A stretch of DNA of 64,000 nucleotides from Candidatus Krumholzibacteriota bacterium (GTDB lineage: Bacteria; Krumholzibacteriota; Krumholzibacteriia; JAJRXK01). The notes under the pieces are model-generated. The model searched no databases. It saw only the letters and a list, made by a program, of their open reading frames with translations, and was not told where the DNA came from. A program made the translations under genes and the position numbers. The DNA lies in the NCBI GenBank assembly GCA_963727455.1, contig CAVSGG010000015.1, forward strand, positions 32,001 through 96,000, given 5' to 3'. Numbering within the stretch: the stretch's first letter is position 1; each line of letters begins with the position of its first letter. Positions 1 through 9,841 of the stretch are shown here, piece after piece.

Positions 1-619
1 GATAGTCCTTCGAGCCGAAGAAGGAGGATCCCGAAACCAGGATCTCCGCACCGGCCTCGCGGGCCAAGGGGGCCGTTTCCGCATCGATTCCACCGTCGAT
101 CTCCAGTACGCAGTGGTGGCCGTCCGCCTCGCGCCAGGCCCGCAGCTGCTCGAACTTGGACAGGACCGAGGGGTCGAAGGCCTGTCCGGCGAAACCGGGG
201 TGCACCGACATCACCAAAAAGAGGTCGCAGCTGGCGAAGAGGGGCCGGTGCTCCGCCTCGCGCAGCGGGCTCGCGGGGTTCAGGGCCAGACCGGCCCTAC
301 CCCCCTTCTCTTGGATCTGTCGCAGGATTCTGCCGTGATCGAGGTCCAGCTCCAGATGAAAGCTGACGCAGCTCACCCCAGCATCCAAGAAGCGCATGGC
401 ATAGTCCAGGGGGTCCTCGACCATCAGGTGGCAGTCAACGGGAAGCCGGCTCAGCTTGCAGATGGCTCGCGCGAAATGGGGGCCATAGCTGAGGTTGTCC
501 ACGAAGTGGCCGTCCATGATGTCCAGATGGAAGAGGTCGGCGCCCGCCTCTTGCGCCGCCTCCATTTCCGCGGCAAGATGCAGCAAATCGGCCGAGAGCA
601 ACGACGGCGCCACCGCCAC
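1..619 (-). CDS. rpe: ribulose-phosphate 3-epimerase (3' end runs off the window)
   Basis: Absent from the ORF track. Manual translation from GTG 619 gives VAVAPSLLSAD..HLDIMDGHFVDNLSYG...ILVSGSSFF, the Rpe motifs. Confidence 0.93.
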   Translation of the reverse strand, partial: MAVAPSLLSADLLHLAAEMEAAQEAGADLFHLDIMDGHFVDNLSYGPHFARAICKLSRLPVDCHLMVEDPLDYAMRFLDAGVSCVSFHLELDLDHGRILRQIQEKGGRAGLALNPASPLREAEHRPLFASCDLFLVMSVHPGFAGQAFDPSVLSKFEQLRAWREADGHHCVLEIDGGIDAETAPLAREAGAEILVSGSSFFGSKDY

Positions 620-626
620 CGTTGTC

Positions 627-1352
627 TCAGTCCTGTTTCGAAGCCACCAGCTCAATGCTCCCTCCTCCCACGATGCGCGAACCCGCCAGAGGCCACTGCT
701 TGAGAATCGTGCCGGGAAACGCGCCCGCGTCAGAGGCATAGGTGATGCGGCGCAGCTCGAATCCGGCTGCGCTCAATTCCGCACGTACCTTGACCAAGCT
801 CCGTCCCACGAAGGAGGGCACGCGGTAGTACTGCCTCTCGCGCTCCTCGCGGAGGAGGACGTCTACCACCGTACCACGTGGGACCTGAGCGCCCGGCTGG
901 GGGCGTTGTGCCGCGATGCCGATACGACCCACGGGATCGTACGAGCGAGCCACCCGTCCCACTTTGAGGTTCTCCCGAAGCAGCGAGATCTCGCACTGAC
1001 GCAGACTCATCCCCAGAAGATCGGGGACCCGCGCGTAGGCTTCCCCCTTGCTCAGCACCAGGCGAATCTCCCGGCCTTTTCGCACCGAGCGGAGACCGCG
1101 CGGCGCTTGGTCGAGCACGATGCCCGGCGGGGTCCCGTCCTGGTAGACCTCGTCTCCCACCTCGACCTTGAGGCCAAGCCGCCTGGCCTCCTCCCTCGCC
1201 TGCGCGAGAGGCAGCCCTTGCAGCTCGGGCACCAAAACTGTTTTCTGGCGGTGTACCATCCAGGGCAGGAAGGTCGAGTTCGCCAGCAGGATTCCAACGA
1301 AGATCGCCACGACGATCAAAAGAAGCGTCAGGAAGAAGCGTCCCACCGTCAC
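627..1352 (-). CDS. membrane-anchored PASTA-domain protein (3 PASTA repeats, no kinase domain)
   Basis: N-terminal TM helix, then VPELQG / VPDLLG / VPSFVG repeats with Q-x-P motifs. GTG 1352 overlaps the rsmB stop (GTGA). Confidence 0.85.
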   Translation of the reverse strand: MTVGRFFLTLLLIVVAIFVGILLANSTFLPWMVHRQKTVLVPELQGLPLAQAREEARRLGLKVEVGDEVYQDGTPPGIVLDQAPRGLRSVRKGREIRLVLSKGEAYARVPDLLGMSLRQCEISLLRENLKVGRVARSYDPVGRIGIAAQRPQPGAQVPRGTVVDVLLREERERQYYRVPSFVGRSLVKVRAELSAAGFELRRITYASDAGAFPGTILKQWPLAGSRIVGGGSIELVASKQD

Positions 1353-2731
1353 GACCGTCTCTCCTTGCGCGTGAGAACCGCAGCGAACGCGCCATCGCAA
1401 TCGTGCAGATGCGGCCAGACGCGAAGGCGTCCGTTCTGCACGAGCTCTTTGGGAACGCGAGCCGGGATTCCGAGTTCCACCAGGTCCTCGCGCTCTTCGA
1501 GAAGCGCGTCGACCACCGCCTCGTTCTCTTCGCGCTCGAGTGAGCAGGTAGCGTACACGATGATGCCGCCGAACGCACAGAGTTCCACGGCGGAAGCGAG
1601 TAACTCACGTTGTAAGCGCGGTAACTTGATGAGATCGCTCGGCTTTCTGCGCCAGCGGGCCTCGTGCCGCCGCGCCAACACTCCGGTGCCACTGCAAGGC
1701 GCGTCCACCAGGATGGCGTCGAAGCTGGCCGGCCGCAGGGGCGGACGCGTTCCGTCCGCTACGAGGGCTCTGAGCTGCGAAAGACCCAAGCGCCGCCGCA
1801 TCTCACAGAGTCGCCGCATTCTGCCTAGCTGCGCATCGAGCGCCACCACCTCTGCCGAGGACCCGAAGCGTTCGGCTAACTGTGCGGCTTTCCCGCCGGG
1901 GGCCGCACAAAGGTCCAGGATCAATCGGGCCGAGTCCTGCGAAAAGAGCGTGGGCACCAGTTGCGCCGCCTCGTCCTGGATCGTCACCATAGCTCCGAGC
2001 TCGGCCAGCACGCGCGGGGCAGGCACTCTGGTGTGCAGAACCAGGGCGTCGTTTGCCCATCGTCCGGGTTGAAGCTCCCACCCGAGCTCTCGCGCCGCGC
2101 GGAGGAGCTCCTCTCGATCTCGCCCGCAGCTCCTCAGGACCAAGGGAGGCCGCCGGTTGTCGGCCTCGCACAGAGCGAGGACCTGATCGAGGGGAAGAAC
2201 CTCGGCCCACCGCTCCACCAGCCAACGCGGATGACTGAGCCAGTTCACGGCATACTCGAGGGGATTCTCCTGCGCGGAGGGGAAATGCCTGTGAGGGCCC
2301 TCTCGCGCCACACGCCGCAGAATGCCGTTCACGAACCCCGCAGCGTGAGCGCAGCGAAGGGCGCGTGCCAGCTCGACGCACTGGGACACCACGGCGTGGG
2401 GTGGGCTGCGCAGCTCGCAGAGTTCGTGCAGTCCCAGCCAAAGCGCGACGCGGACGGGGGCCTGTGGAGCTTGTTTGGCCAGACGACGCACGAGAAAGTC
2501 GTAGCGACCGTGCAGACGGACACAACCATAAACCAGTTCGCGGACACGGCGGCGTTCGGCCGAGCGGATACGCGTTGAGGGTTGCGAGGGTTCTTCCTCT
2601 TCGAACTCGCTCAGGATTTCGCGTACGTAGCCCTTCCGGGTGAGCCATTGCAAGAGCACGCGAGCCGCGCGCAGACGAACCGGGTCGAGAGAAGCGGAGT
2701 GGTGAGGCGAGGATCCCTGGCGCGCCCCCAT
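1349..2731 (-). CDS. rsmB: 16S rRNA m5C967 methyltransferase RsmB/Sun
   Basis: NusB-like N-terminus (GFVNGILR); DLCAAPGGK, DAPCSGTG and YATCS motifs; ATG 2731 directly after fmt. Confidence 0.92.
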   Translation of the reverse strand: MGARQGSSPHHSASLDPVRLRAARVLLQWLTRKGYVREILSEFEEEEPSQPSTRIRSAERRRVRELVYGCVRLHGRYDFLVRRLAKQAPQAPVRVALWLGLHELCELRSPPHAVVSQCVELARALRCAHAAGFVNGILRRVAREGPHRHFPSAQENPLEYAVNWLSHPRWLVERWAEVLPLDQVLALCEADNRRPPLVLRSCGRDREELLRAARELGWELQPGRWANDALVLHTRVPAPRVLAELGAMVTIQDEAAQLVPTLFSQDSARLILDLCAAPGGKAAQLAERFGSSAEVVALDAQLGRMRRLCEMRRRLGLSQLRALVADGTRPPLRPASFDAILVDAPCSGTGVLARRHEARWRRKPSDLIKLPRLQRELLASAVELCAFGGIIVYATCSLEREENEAVVDALLEEREDLVELGIPARVPKELVQNGRLRVWPHLHDCDGAFAAVLTRKERRS

Positions 2732-2732
2732 C

Positions 2733-3692
2733 TCAGACAGGCACGCGCGCGGGCACGTCCGCCAGAGGCAGGAGTCTGTCTCCCACCTGCAGAGGAAAAC
2801 CGCGCGCAAATTGAAGAGGACTGAGAAATCGGCCGCCCGCCCGTTGAACGGAATGAATTTGGACCGCTCCAGCCGCGCATCCGACGCACATTCCCGCTTC
2901 GTCGATCGCCAGGATCTCCCCGGCCGCGCCACGAAGCTCAGTCAGCAAACGACTCCCCTTGAGTTTCAGAGCCTGCCCGTCCTTGAGGACCGCCACCCCC
3001 GGCCAGGGACTGAGTCCGCGGATGCGGTCGTGGACTTCCTCGGCGCTTCGCGCGAAATCCACCGTACCCTCTTCCTTGCGGAGCATCGGCGCAAGAGTCA
3101 CTCCCTCGCTCGCTTGGGGCAGGGGACTTAGCCCCCGCGACTGAATCTCGTCGAGCGTATGCACCAGAAGTTGCGCGCCCATTTCGGCCAAACGGTCGTG
3201 AAGCTCGCCCGCCGTCTCCTGTGGACCAATCGGCGTCTCCACCCGCTCGTATACGGGGCCGGTGTCCATTCCCTTCTCCAAACGCATGGTGCAGACTCCG
3301 GTCTTTTCGTCACCCGCGATGATGGCGCGATGAATGGGGGCCGCACCGCGCCAACGCGGGAGAAGTGAGGCGTGAAGGTTGAGACAACCCAGAGAGGGAC
3401 CGTGCAAAAGAGGTTCACGGATGAGATGGCCGAATGCGACCACTACCGCGAGTTCGGGTGAGAACGAGAGAATGTGACGGTAGGCCTCCTCGCGGGCCCT
3501 CGGTCGCAGGCAGGCGTCCGCGAGCCCCAGTTCCCTCGCACGCTGTCGAACCGGGGTGGGAACGAGCGCGCGCCCGCGTCCTTTTGCCTTGTCCGGTTGT
3601 GTCACCACCAGCGCGAGTTCGTGCCCGGCGTGGACAAGAGCCTCGAGAGAGGGAATTGCGAACTCGGGAGAACCGAGGAAAACGAGACGCAC
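2733..3692 (-). CDS. fmt: methionyl-tRNA formyltransferase
   Basis: FLGSPEFA, VVTQPD, NLHASLLPRWRGAAP; adjacent to def. Confidence 0.97.
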   Translation of the reverse strand: MRLVFLGSPEFAIPSLEALVHAGHELALVVTQPDKAKGRGRALVPTPVRQRARELGLADACLRPRAREEAYRHILSFSPELAVVVAFGHLIREPLLHGPSLGCLNLHASLLPRWRGAAPIHRAIIAGDEKTGVCTMRLEKGMDTGPVYERVETPIGPQETAGELHDRLAEMGAQLLVHTLDEIQSRGLSPLPQASEGVTLAPMLRKEEGTVDFARSAEEVHDRIRGLSPWPGVAVLKDGQALKLKGSRLLTELRGAAGEILAIDEAGMCVGCAAGAVQIHSVQRAGGRFLSPLQFARGFPLQVGDRLLPLADVPARVPV

Positions 3693-3694
3693 GA

Positions 3695-4213
3695 TCAGCC
3701 GGCTTTCGACTTGCGCGCGAGGGATTTGAGTTTCTTGGCCAAGAGCTTTCGTTTGAGCAGGGGCAGATGATCCACGAAGAGGATCCCCTCGAGATGATCG
3801 AACTCATGCTGGATGATGCGCGCGAGCAAGCCATCGTCATCGAGTTCGCAACTTTTTCCGTCCAGATCTTGATACACCGCGGTGATCCGGACCGGACGCT
3901 CCACGTCGGCCGTGATTCCTGGAAGCGAAAGGCAACCCTCGCTGAAAGAAGCGCGTTCGGAACTGAGGAAGGTCAATTCGGGATTCACCAGGGGCAAGAT
4001 GCGCGGCCAGCCGTCGCGTTCGTCACGGGCAATGAGCATGCGAAGATCCCGACCCACTTGGGGTGCGGCAAGACCGATCCCATCCTCGTGCGTCATGGCC
4101 TGGATCATTCCATCGCAGAGCTCACGCAGCTCGTCGTCGAAACGCTCCACCGGCCGACAAATGGAACGCAGAATCTCGCTCCCGTAGAGATAGATCTCAA
4201 GTTCGTCGCTCAT
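3695..4213 (-). CDS. def: peptide deformylase
   Basis: GIGLAAPQVG, EGCLS, QHEFDHLEG. Confidence 0.97.
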   Translation of the reverse strand: MSDELEIYLYGSEILRSICRPVERFDDELRELCDGMIQAMTHEDGIGLAAPQVGRDLRMLIARDERDGWPRILPLVNPELTFLSSERASFSEGCLSLPGITADVERPVRITAVYQDLDGKSCELDDDGLLARIIQHEFDHLEGILFVDHLPLLKRKLLAKKLKSLARKSKAG

Positions 4214-4232
4214 TGTCCCTCTCTGGGAATGC

Positions 4233-4580
4233 TCACTTCTTCTCGGTCACTACCCCCGCCACCGAACCGCGGGCGATCTCCACTTTCACACCCTCGCCGA
4301 TTGTGGCCACGATGATCCCACGATCCTCTTTGACGTTGAGAACGGTCGCGTGAAGCCCGCCGTTGGTGATGATGCGATCGCCCTTCTTCAAAGAGGCGAG
4401 CATTGCCTTGTGTTCCTTTTGACGCTTGGCCTGAGGCCGCCACATGAGAAAATAGAAAATCAGCAGGAACGCGAGAAAGAGCGGCATCATCGACCAGGGT
4501 GATGCCGACTGTCCTCCCTGGGCAGGCGCCGAAAACGCGGGAACCAGGACGGCGAGGGACGCAGTGTGAATAGGGCTCAA
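4233..4580 (-). CDS. yajC: preprotein translocase subunit YajC
   Basis: YFLMWRPQ..LKKGDRIITNGG; GGAGG RBS before TTG; downstream of tgt. Confidence 0.93.
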   Translation of the reverse strand: MSPIHTASLAVLVPAFSAPAQGGQSASPWSMMPLFLAFLLIFYFLMWRPQAKRQKEHKAMLASLKKGDRIITNGGLHATVLNVKEDRGIIVATIGEGVKVEIARGSVAGVVTEKK

Positions 4581-4692
4581 GAGCCACCTCCAGAACAGGG
4601 TTTGCGCTCAGTCTAGGTGTGCGTGGATTTTCAGGCAAGCTCACAGCGGACTTCGACGCCGTGGCGCGATAGGGCCCGACTCCCTCCCGCCA

Positions 4693-5838
4693 TCAAGGTA
4701 CACGGCCGTTCTCCGCCTGATAGCGCGCCAGAAAGCTCGCCTGATATTCCTCGAACGCACGGTTCTGAATGGCCTGTCGAATCTCGGCCATGAGAGTCTG
4801 GTAGAAGCTGAGATTGTGCAGGGTGCAGAGCACCGGTCCGAGAATCTCTCCCGCGATGATGAGGTGCCGAAGGTACGCGCGCGTGTGCTTCGTGCAGGCC
4901 AGGCACGAGCAGCTCTCCTCGACCGGCCGCTCATCGGAGGCGAATCTCGCGTTGCGAAGCGCCAACCTTCCCTCGTGCGTCATGAGTGTTCCGTTACGCG
5001 CTATTCGGGTGGGCAACACGCAGTCGAACATGTCCACACCACCTTCGACTGCGGCCAGAATGTCCTCGGGGAATCCGACTCCCATGAGATAACGCGGCTT
5101 TTCTTGCGGAAGCAGCGCCGCGCTGAAGGCGCTCATCCGGTGCAGATCCTCCTTGCTCTCGCCCACTGAGAGTCCGCCGATCGCATACCCAGCCAAGTCC
5201 AGCGGCGTCAGTTCGCGAGCGCTACGCTCGCGTTGCGATCTCAGCACCCCACCCTGCATGATCCCGAAGAGCACTTGCTCGTGTCCCGCTTCGTGTCTTC
5301 GGCGCGGCCCGAAAGCCCCCACACAGCGTTTCGCCCAGCGGGTAGTCCGGCTCACGGCCTCCTCCACCATCTTCTCCTCGGCGGGAAGCGCCACGCAGTG
5401 GTCGAAAGCCATCACCACGTCGGCGCCCAGTGCGGCCTGAATCTCCATGCTGGATTCGGGACTGAGGAAATGCTCGGAACCATCCAGATGGGAACGGAAG
5501 CGCACGCCTTCCTCGCTCAGACGATTCAAATCCGAAAGAGAGAAGACCTGAAACCCGCCGCTGTCGGTGAGCATGGAACCGTCGTAGGCCATGAAGCGAT
5601 GCAAGCCGCCCAGACTCTGGATACGCTGGTGGGTTGGCCGAAGATATAGGTGATAGGTGTTCGCGAGGATCATCCGTGCGCCCGTACTGGCCAGCTGATC
5701 TACCGTCAGACCCTTCACCGTGGCTTGTGTTCCCACCGGCATGAAGACCGGGGTCTCTACCGAGCCGTGGTCGGTGCGCAAGCGTCCGCGGCGCGCCGCG
5801 CCGTCCTTGGCGAAAACTTCGAAGGAGAATCCACTCAT
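4693..5838 (-). CDS. tgt: tRNA-guanine transglycosylase
   Basis: TPVFMPVGT, TDSGGFQVFSL, DMFDCV, C-x-C-xx-C zinc site. Confidence 0.97.
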   Translation of the reverse strand: MSGFSFEVFAKDGAARRGRLRTDHGSVETPVFMPVGTQATVKGLTVDQLASTGARMILANTYHLYLRPTHQRIQSLGGLHRFMAYDGSMLTDSGGFQVFSLSDLNRLSEEGVRFRSHLDGSEHFLSPESSMEIQAALGADVVMAFDHCVALPAEEKMVEEAVSRTTRWAKRCVGAFGPRRRHEAGHEQVLFGIMQGGVLRSQRERSARELTPLDLAGYAIGGLSVGESKEDLHRMSAFSAALLPQEKPRYLMGVGFPEDILAAVEGGVDMFDCVLPTRIARNGTLMTHEGRLALRNARFASDERPVEESCSCLACTKHTRAYLRHLIIAGEILGPVLCTLHNLSFYQTLMAEIRQAIQNRAFEEYQASFLARYQAENGRVP

Positions 5839-6878
5839 GGCGCGCTCGACCTCTCTATCCAGTTGGCATCTCCGTAGGAGTAGAAACGATAGTCCTGGCG
5901 CAGGGCATGAGCGTAGGCCTCACGCCAGCGTTCGCCGGCAAAGGCCGCGACCAAGATCAGGAGACTGCTCCTGGGCAGATGAAAGTTGGTCAAGAGCACG
6001 TCCACCCAATTGAAGCTGTGACCCGGGCGGAGGAAGAGGGAGGTCGCCCCGGAGATTTCAGCCTCCAAGTTCGCGGGCAGACTCTCGAGGCTGCGGCAGG
6101 CCGTGGTTCCTACTGCGACCACACGCCCGCCACGAGCGCGGCAGCTTTTCAGTGCCTCTATCGTTTCCCGTGGTACCAGAAATCTCTCGGCGTGGAGGGA
6201 GCCGCGGCGAAGTTCGTCTTCACTCAGGGGAAGAAAGGTGCCCGGGCCTACGTGAAGGGTCACGAACGCGCGCCGTACTCCCTTGCGGTCCAAGGCGGCG
6301 AGAAGCTCTGCGTCGAAGTGCAGGCCGGCGGTAGGGGCTGCCACTGATCCCGTCTTCTGCGCGAAAACCGTCTGATAGCGCTCGGTATCCTCTTCATCAT
6401 CCGCGCGATGGATGTAGGGCGGGAGCGGAACGTGTCCGTAGCGCTGCGCATAGTCGAGCGGGGAGCGGCCGTCCTCGAGCCATACGCGCCGCATGCCACG
6501 CTCGAGAAACTCCCCCACCACCATTTCTGCACCACCCTCCAGCACGACTCTGGCATCGGGAGCGAGACGACGCCCCGGCCGGACTAGAGCGGACCAGCTC
6601 CCGTCGGGCAGGGGATCGGTCAAGAGGATCTCGGCCCTCGCGGAACCGCTCTTCTTGTTCCCATACAATCGGGCGGGAAAGACCCTGGTGTCGTTCAGCA
6701 CCAAAAGGTCGGAAGCTTCGAGCAAATGCCTCAGATCCTGGATCGTGCCATCCCTAAGTCCCCCCGCGCCTTCCCAGATGAGGAGCTTTGCATCGCCGCG
6801 CTGCGCCGGTGGACGTTGCGCGATCTTCTCTTGCGGAAGAACAAAGTCGTAGGCAGCGAGTTCGTCAGCAGGTGGCAT
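5835..6878 (-). CDS. queA: S-adenosylmethionine:tRNA ribosyltransferase-isomerase
   Basis: PLPPYI, AAPTAGLHF, TNFHLP, RFYSYGDA. Confidence 0.97.
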   Translation of the reverse strand: MPPADELAAYDFVLPQEKIAQRPPAQRGDAKLLIWEGAGGLRDGTIQDLRHLLEASDLLVLNDTRVFPARLYGNKKSGSARAEILLTDPLPDGSWSALVRPGRRLAPDARVVLEGGAEMVVGEFLERGMRRVWLEDGRSPLDYAQRYGHVPLPPYIHRADDEEDTERYQTVFAQKTGSVAAPTAGLHFDAELLAALDRKGVRRAFVTLHVGPGTFLPLSEDELRRGSLHAERFLVPRETIEALKSCRARGGRVVAVGTTACRSLESLPANLEAEISGATSLFLRPGHSFNWVDVLLTNFHLPRSSLLILVAAFAGERWREAYAHALRQDYRFYSYGDANWIERSSAP

Positions 6879-7909
6879 CAGAAGAGATCGGGCTCTTTCT
6901 GCTGCGCCGGCACGGGGAGCCCCAGGTGTTGAAAGGCCTTGGGCGTGGCCATGCGGCCGCGAGGAGTCCGGTGCACGAGTCCCTCTTGAATGAGGAAGGG
7001 TTCCACCACGTCCTCCAAGGTGTCGGTCTCCTCGCCCAGGCTCACGGCAAGGGTCGACAGGCCCACCGGACCTCCGTGGAAATCGCTGGTGATCACCCTC
7101 AAGTACGAGCGGTCCAGGTTCTCCAGCCCCAAATGGTCTACCTCGAGTAGATCGAGCGCGCGCTGCACGATGCCACGATCCACGGAGCGATGCCCTTCGA
7201 CCTGCGCAACGTCCCGCACGCGTCGCAAAATACGGTTCGCCACCCGGGGAGTTCCGCGGCTACGACGCGCGATCTCGATGGTGCCGTCCTCGCTCAGTTC
7301 CATCTCGAGCAGCTTGGCGCTGCGCGCCACGATTCGCGCGAGCTCCGCCGGCGGATAGAACTCGAGATGCAACACGATCCCAAAACGCGAGCGCAGGGCC
7401 GGGGTCAGCAATCCGGCACGCGTCGTTGCGCCCACCAGAGTGAAGGGTTCCAGCTCCAGCTGGTAGTGGCGCGCAGCGGGTCCCTTGTCGATGACCAGTT
7501 CGACGCGAAAATCCTCCATCGCCGGATAGAGATGTTCCTCCACTACGCGGTTCAGCCGATGGATCTCGTCCACGAAAACACACTGCCTGCCTTCGTCGCG
7601 AGTCAGGATCGAGAGAAGCTCCGCTCCGTTGCTGAAGGCGGGACCGCTCGTGACGCGCAGCTGCGCGCCCAATTCCCTGGCCACGATCCCAGCCAGGGTG
7701 GTCTTGCCCAGACCTGGCGGGCCGTGCAGGAGCAGATGGTCCAGAGCCTCCCCCCGCTCCTTGGCCGCCCTGATGAATAGGCCGAGTTGCACTTTCAGAC
7801 GCTCTTGACCGATGAACTCCGCCAGACTCCGTGGCCTGAGTGCCCGGTCCGTTTCGGCTTCACCACCGGGTTGCGGACGTGGGTCGGTGAGTCTTTCCTT
7901 CGGATCCAT
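6878..7909 (-). CDS. ruvB: Holliday junction branch-migration helicase RuvB
   Basis: LRP..FIGQ, GPPGLGKTT, DEIHRL, GATTRAG, RGTPR. Confidence 0.98.
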   Translation of the reverse strand: MDPKERLTDPRPQPGGEAETDRALRPRSLAEFIGQERLKVQLGLFIRAAKERGEALDHLLLHGPPGLGKTTLAGIVARELGAQLRVTSGPAFSNGAELLSILTRDEGRQCVFVDEIHRLNRVVEEHLYPAMEDFRVELVIDKGPAARHYQLELEPFTLVGATTRAGLLTPALRSRFGIVLHLEFYPPAELARIVARSAKLLEMELSEDGTIEIARRSRGTPRVANRILRRVRDVAQVEGHRSVDRGIVQRALDLLEVDHLGLENLDRSYLRVITSDFHGGPVGLSTLAVSLGEETDTLEDVVEPFLIQEGLVHRTPRGRMATPKAFQHLGLPVPAQQKEPDLF

Positions 7910-7931
7910 CACAGCTTCCTCGGCTGACTTT

Positions 7932-8525
7932 CTAGATGGCTACCGCGCGTAGGGCACGTCGTACGATTTCTTCCACCGGCGCATTCTCCCGCTCCTGCAC
8001 GCTCAAGCTGCCGACCGCTCGCCGCGCCGCCTCGAGGCTCAGCCCCATGCCCAGCAAGGCAAGGGTCGCTTCCTCGTCCGAACTTCCCGCACTCTGGGAC
8101 GATCCCGGGTAGTTGGCGATCGGGGAGATCTCGCGATCGCGCAACTCCACCACGAGACGCTCCGCCGTCTTCTTGCCCACTCCCTTGATGCGGGTCAAGG
8201 GCGCCGCGTCGCCCCGGCGAGCTCCATCCAGAATGAGCTCGAAATCCTCATCGCCCAAGATGGCCAGAGCGAGCTTGGGGCCGACCCCGCTGATCCCCAA
8301 AAGCGCTTTGAAGATTTCCCGCTCGGAGGGACTGAAGAAGCCATAGAGCGTCAGAGCGTCCTCACGGACGTGGAGATGAGTGTAGAGCTTGATCTCGTGG
8401 CCCAAGGGGGGCAGTCGTCGACGTAGGCGCTCGGGAACCAAGATCCCGTAACCCACTCCGCCGTCGGACACGATGACGGTCTCACTGGAGGCATCCTCCA
8501 GGCGCCCCGCGATGAATGCGTACAT
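7932..8525 (-). CDS. ruvA: Holliday junction DNA-binding protein RuvA
   Basis: MYAFIAG start, VREDALTLYGF, HhH motifs GVGPKLA and GVGKKTAER. Confidence 0.95.
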   Translation of the reverse strand: MYAFIAGRLEDASSETVIVSDGGVGYGILVPERLRRRLPPLGHEIKLYTHLHVREDALTLYGFFSPSEREIFKALLGISGVGPKLALAILGDEDFELILDGARRGDAAPLTRIKGVGKKTAERLVVELRDREISPIANYPGSSQSAGSSDEEATLALLGMGLSLEAARRAVGSLSVQERENAPVEEIVRRALRAVAI

Positions 8526-8542
8526 TGGACCTCCAGAGGAAT

Positions 8543-9067
8543 TCAAGCTCCGAGCCGGCCCGCCAAACTCCGCTGCGTCTGCAAATTGGCCGCGTGGCAG
8601 ATGGCCATGGCGAGCGCGTCCGTGCTGTCTGGGTCGTGCTCGTCCACTTCGACGCCCAAGAGACGTGAGACCATGCTCGCAACCTGCGCCTTGCTCGCTC
8701 TGCCGTTCCCCGTAACGGCCTTTTTGATCTCGGACGGAGCGTACTCGGCGAGAGCGAAACCGCGCTGCCCTACCACCAGCAGGATGATCCCTCGCGCCTG
8801 CCCCAGGGTCAACGCCGAGGCTTGATTCTTCGCCACGAAAACTCTCTCGATGGCGACTTCGACCGCTGCCGTGGCTTCCGATCGGCAGGCTTCCTCCAGG
8901 ACTTCGCACAAACGGGTGTGCAGGAAGGCGAGTCGTTCGTGCAGTGGCTTTCCAGTTGGGGCTTTCAGGGTGCCGTGAGTCAGGTGCTTCAATCTGCCGC
9001 CGTCCGCTTCGATCACGGCGTAGCCCATCCGCTGGCTTCCCGGATCGAGGCCGACGATCAAGCTCAT
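8543..9067 (-). CDS. ruvC: crossover junction endodeoxyribonuclease RuvC
   Basis: GLDPG, AIERVF, LGQARG, DALAMA. Confidence 0.96.
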   Translation of the reverse strand: MSLIVGLDPGSQRMGYAVIEADGGRLKHLTHGTLKAPTGKPLHERLAFLHTRLCEVLEEACRSEATAAVEVAIERVFVAKNQASALTLGQARGIILLVVGQRGFALAEYAPSEIKKAVTGNGRASKAQVASMVSRLLGVEVDEHDPDSTDALAMAICHAANLQTQRSLAGRLGA

Positions 9068-9822
9068 GCCAGTTCTTCCTGCAGCGCGGCCATCTCTTCC
9101 TCGGGAATGTCCAGATTTGCACTGACCTGCTGCGTGTCATCCAGGTCGTCCAGGGCGTTGATCAGCTTCAGCAATCGCAGCGCATCCTCTCCACTCACGG
9201 TAATCGTGGTGGAAGGAACCGGCGTGAGCTCGGCGGAGAGGGTCACCAGACCCGCCGCGGCCAGGGCCGAGCCCACCGCGTGAAATGCCTCGCGAGGACA
9301 GGTGACCTCCACCGTCCCCCCTTCTTCCTGCACGTCTTCCGCGCCCGCATCGATCACGACTTCCATCACCCGCTCTTCGTCGGCCACCGATGCATCCAGG
9401 CTGAAGATGCCCTTCGTTTCGAAGAGATACGCCACGCTTCCGGGGTCGGCCATCTTGCCTCCGTACTTGCTGAACGCGTGCCGCACGTCGGCGGCAGTAC
9501 GATTGGTGTTGTCCGTCACCGTCGACACGAGGATCGCCACCCCGCCGTGTCCGTAGCCCTCGTAGGTGATTTCCTCGTAGCGCGCGCCCTCGACCTCTCC
9601 CGTGCCTCTCTTGATGGCGCGTTCGATGTTGTCCTTGGGCATATTCTGCCCGCGCGCGGTTTCGATGGCAGTGCGGAGTCTCGGATTGGTCTCGAGGTCG
9701 CCGCCGCCATCACGCGCTGCGATCGTGATTTCCTTGCCCAGACGCGTGAAGAGCTTGCCCCGTTTGGCGTCGGCCGCACCTTTCTTGCGCTTGATGGTGG
9801 CCCACTTGGAATGTCCTGACAC
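9064..9822 (-). CDS. yebC: YebC/PmpR family protein
   Basis: MSGHSKWATIKRKK, YEGYG, TDNTNRT; next to ruvC. Confidence 0.95.
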   Translation of the reverse strand: MSGHSKWATIKRKKGAADAKRGKLFTRLGKEITIAARDGGGDLETNPRLRTAIETARGQNMPKDNIERAIKRGTGEVEGARYEEITYEGYGHGGVAILVSTVTDNTNRTAADVRHAFSKYGGKMADPGSVAYLFETKGIFSLDASVADEERVMEVVIDAGAEDVQEEGGTVEVTCPREAFHAVGSALAAAGLVTLSAELTPVPSTTITVSGEDALRLLKLINALDDLDDTQQVSANLDIPEEEMAALQEELA

Positions 9823-9841
9823 CGTGTCCTCCTGCTTCGCT

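Noticed and set aside
7932-9140. Long N-terminal extensions of ruvA, rsmB, tpiA, asnS and the GWxTD gene in the ORF track
   Set aside because: They overlap upstream genes or promoters; downstream starts fit the family N-termini.
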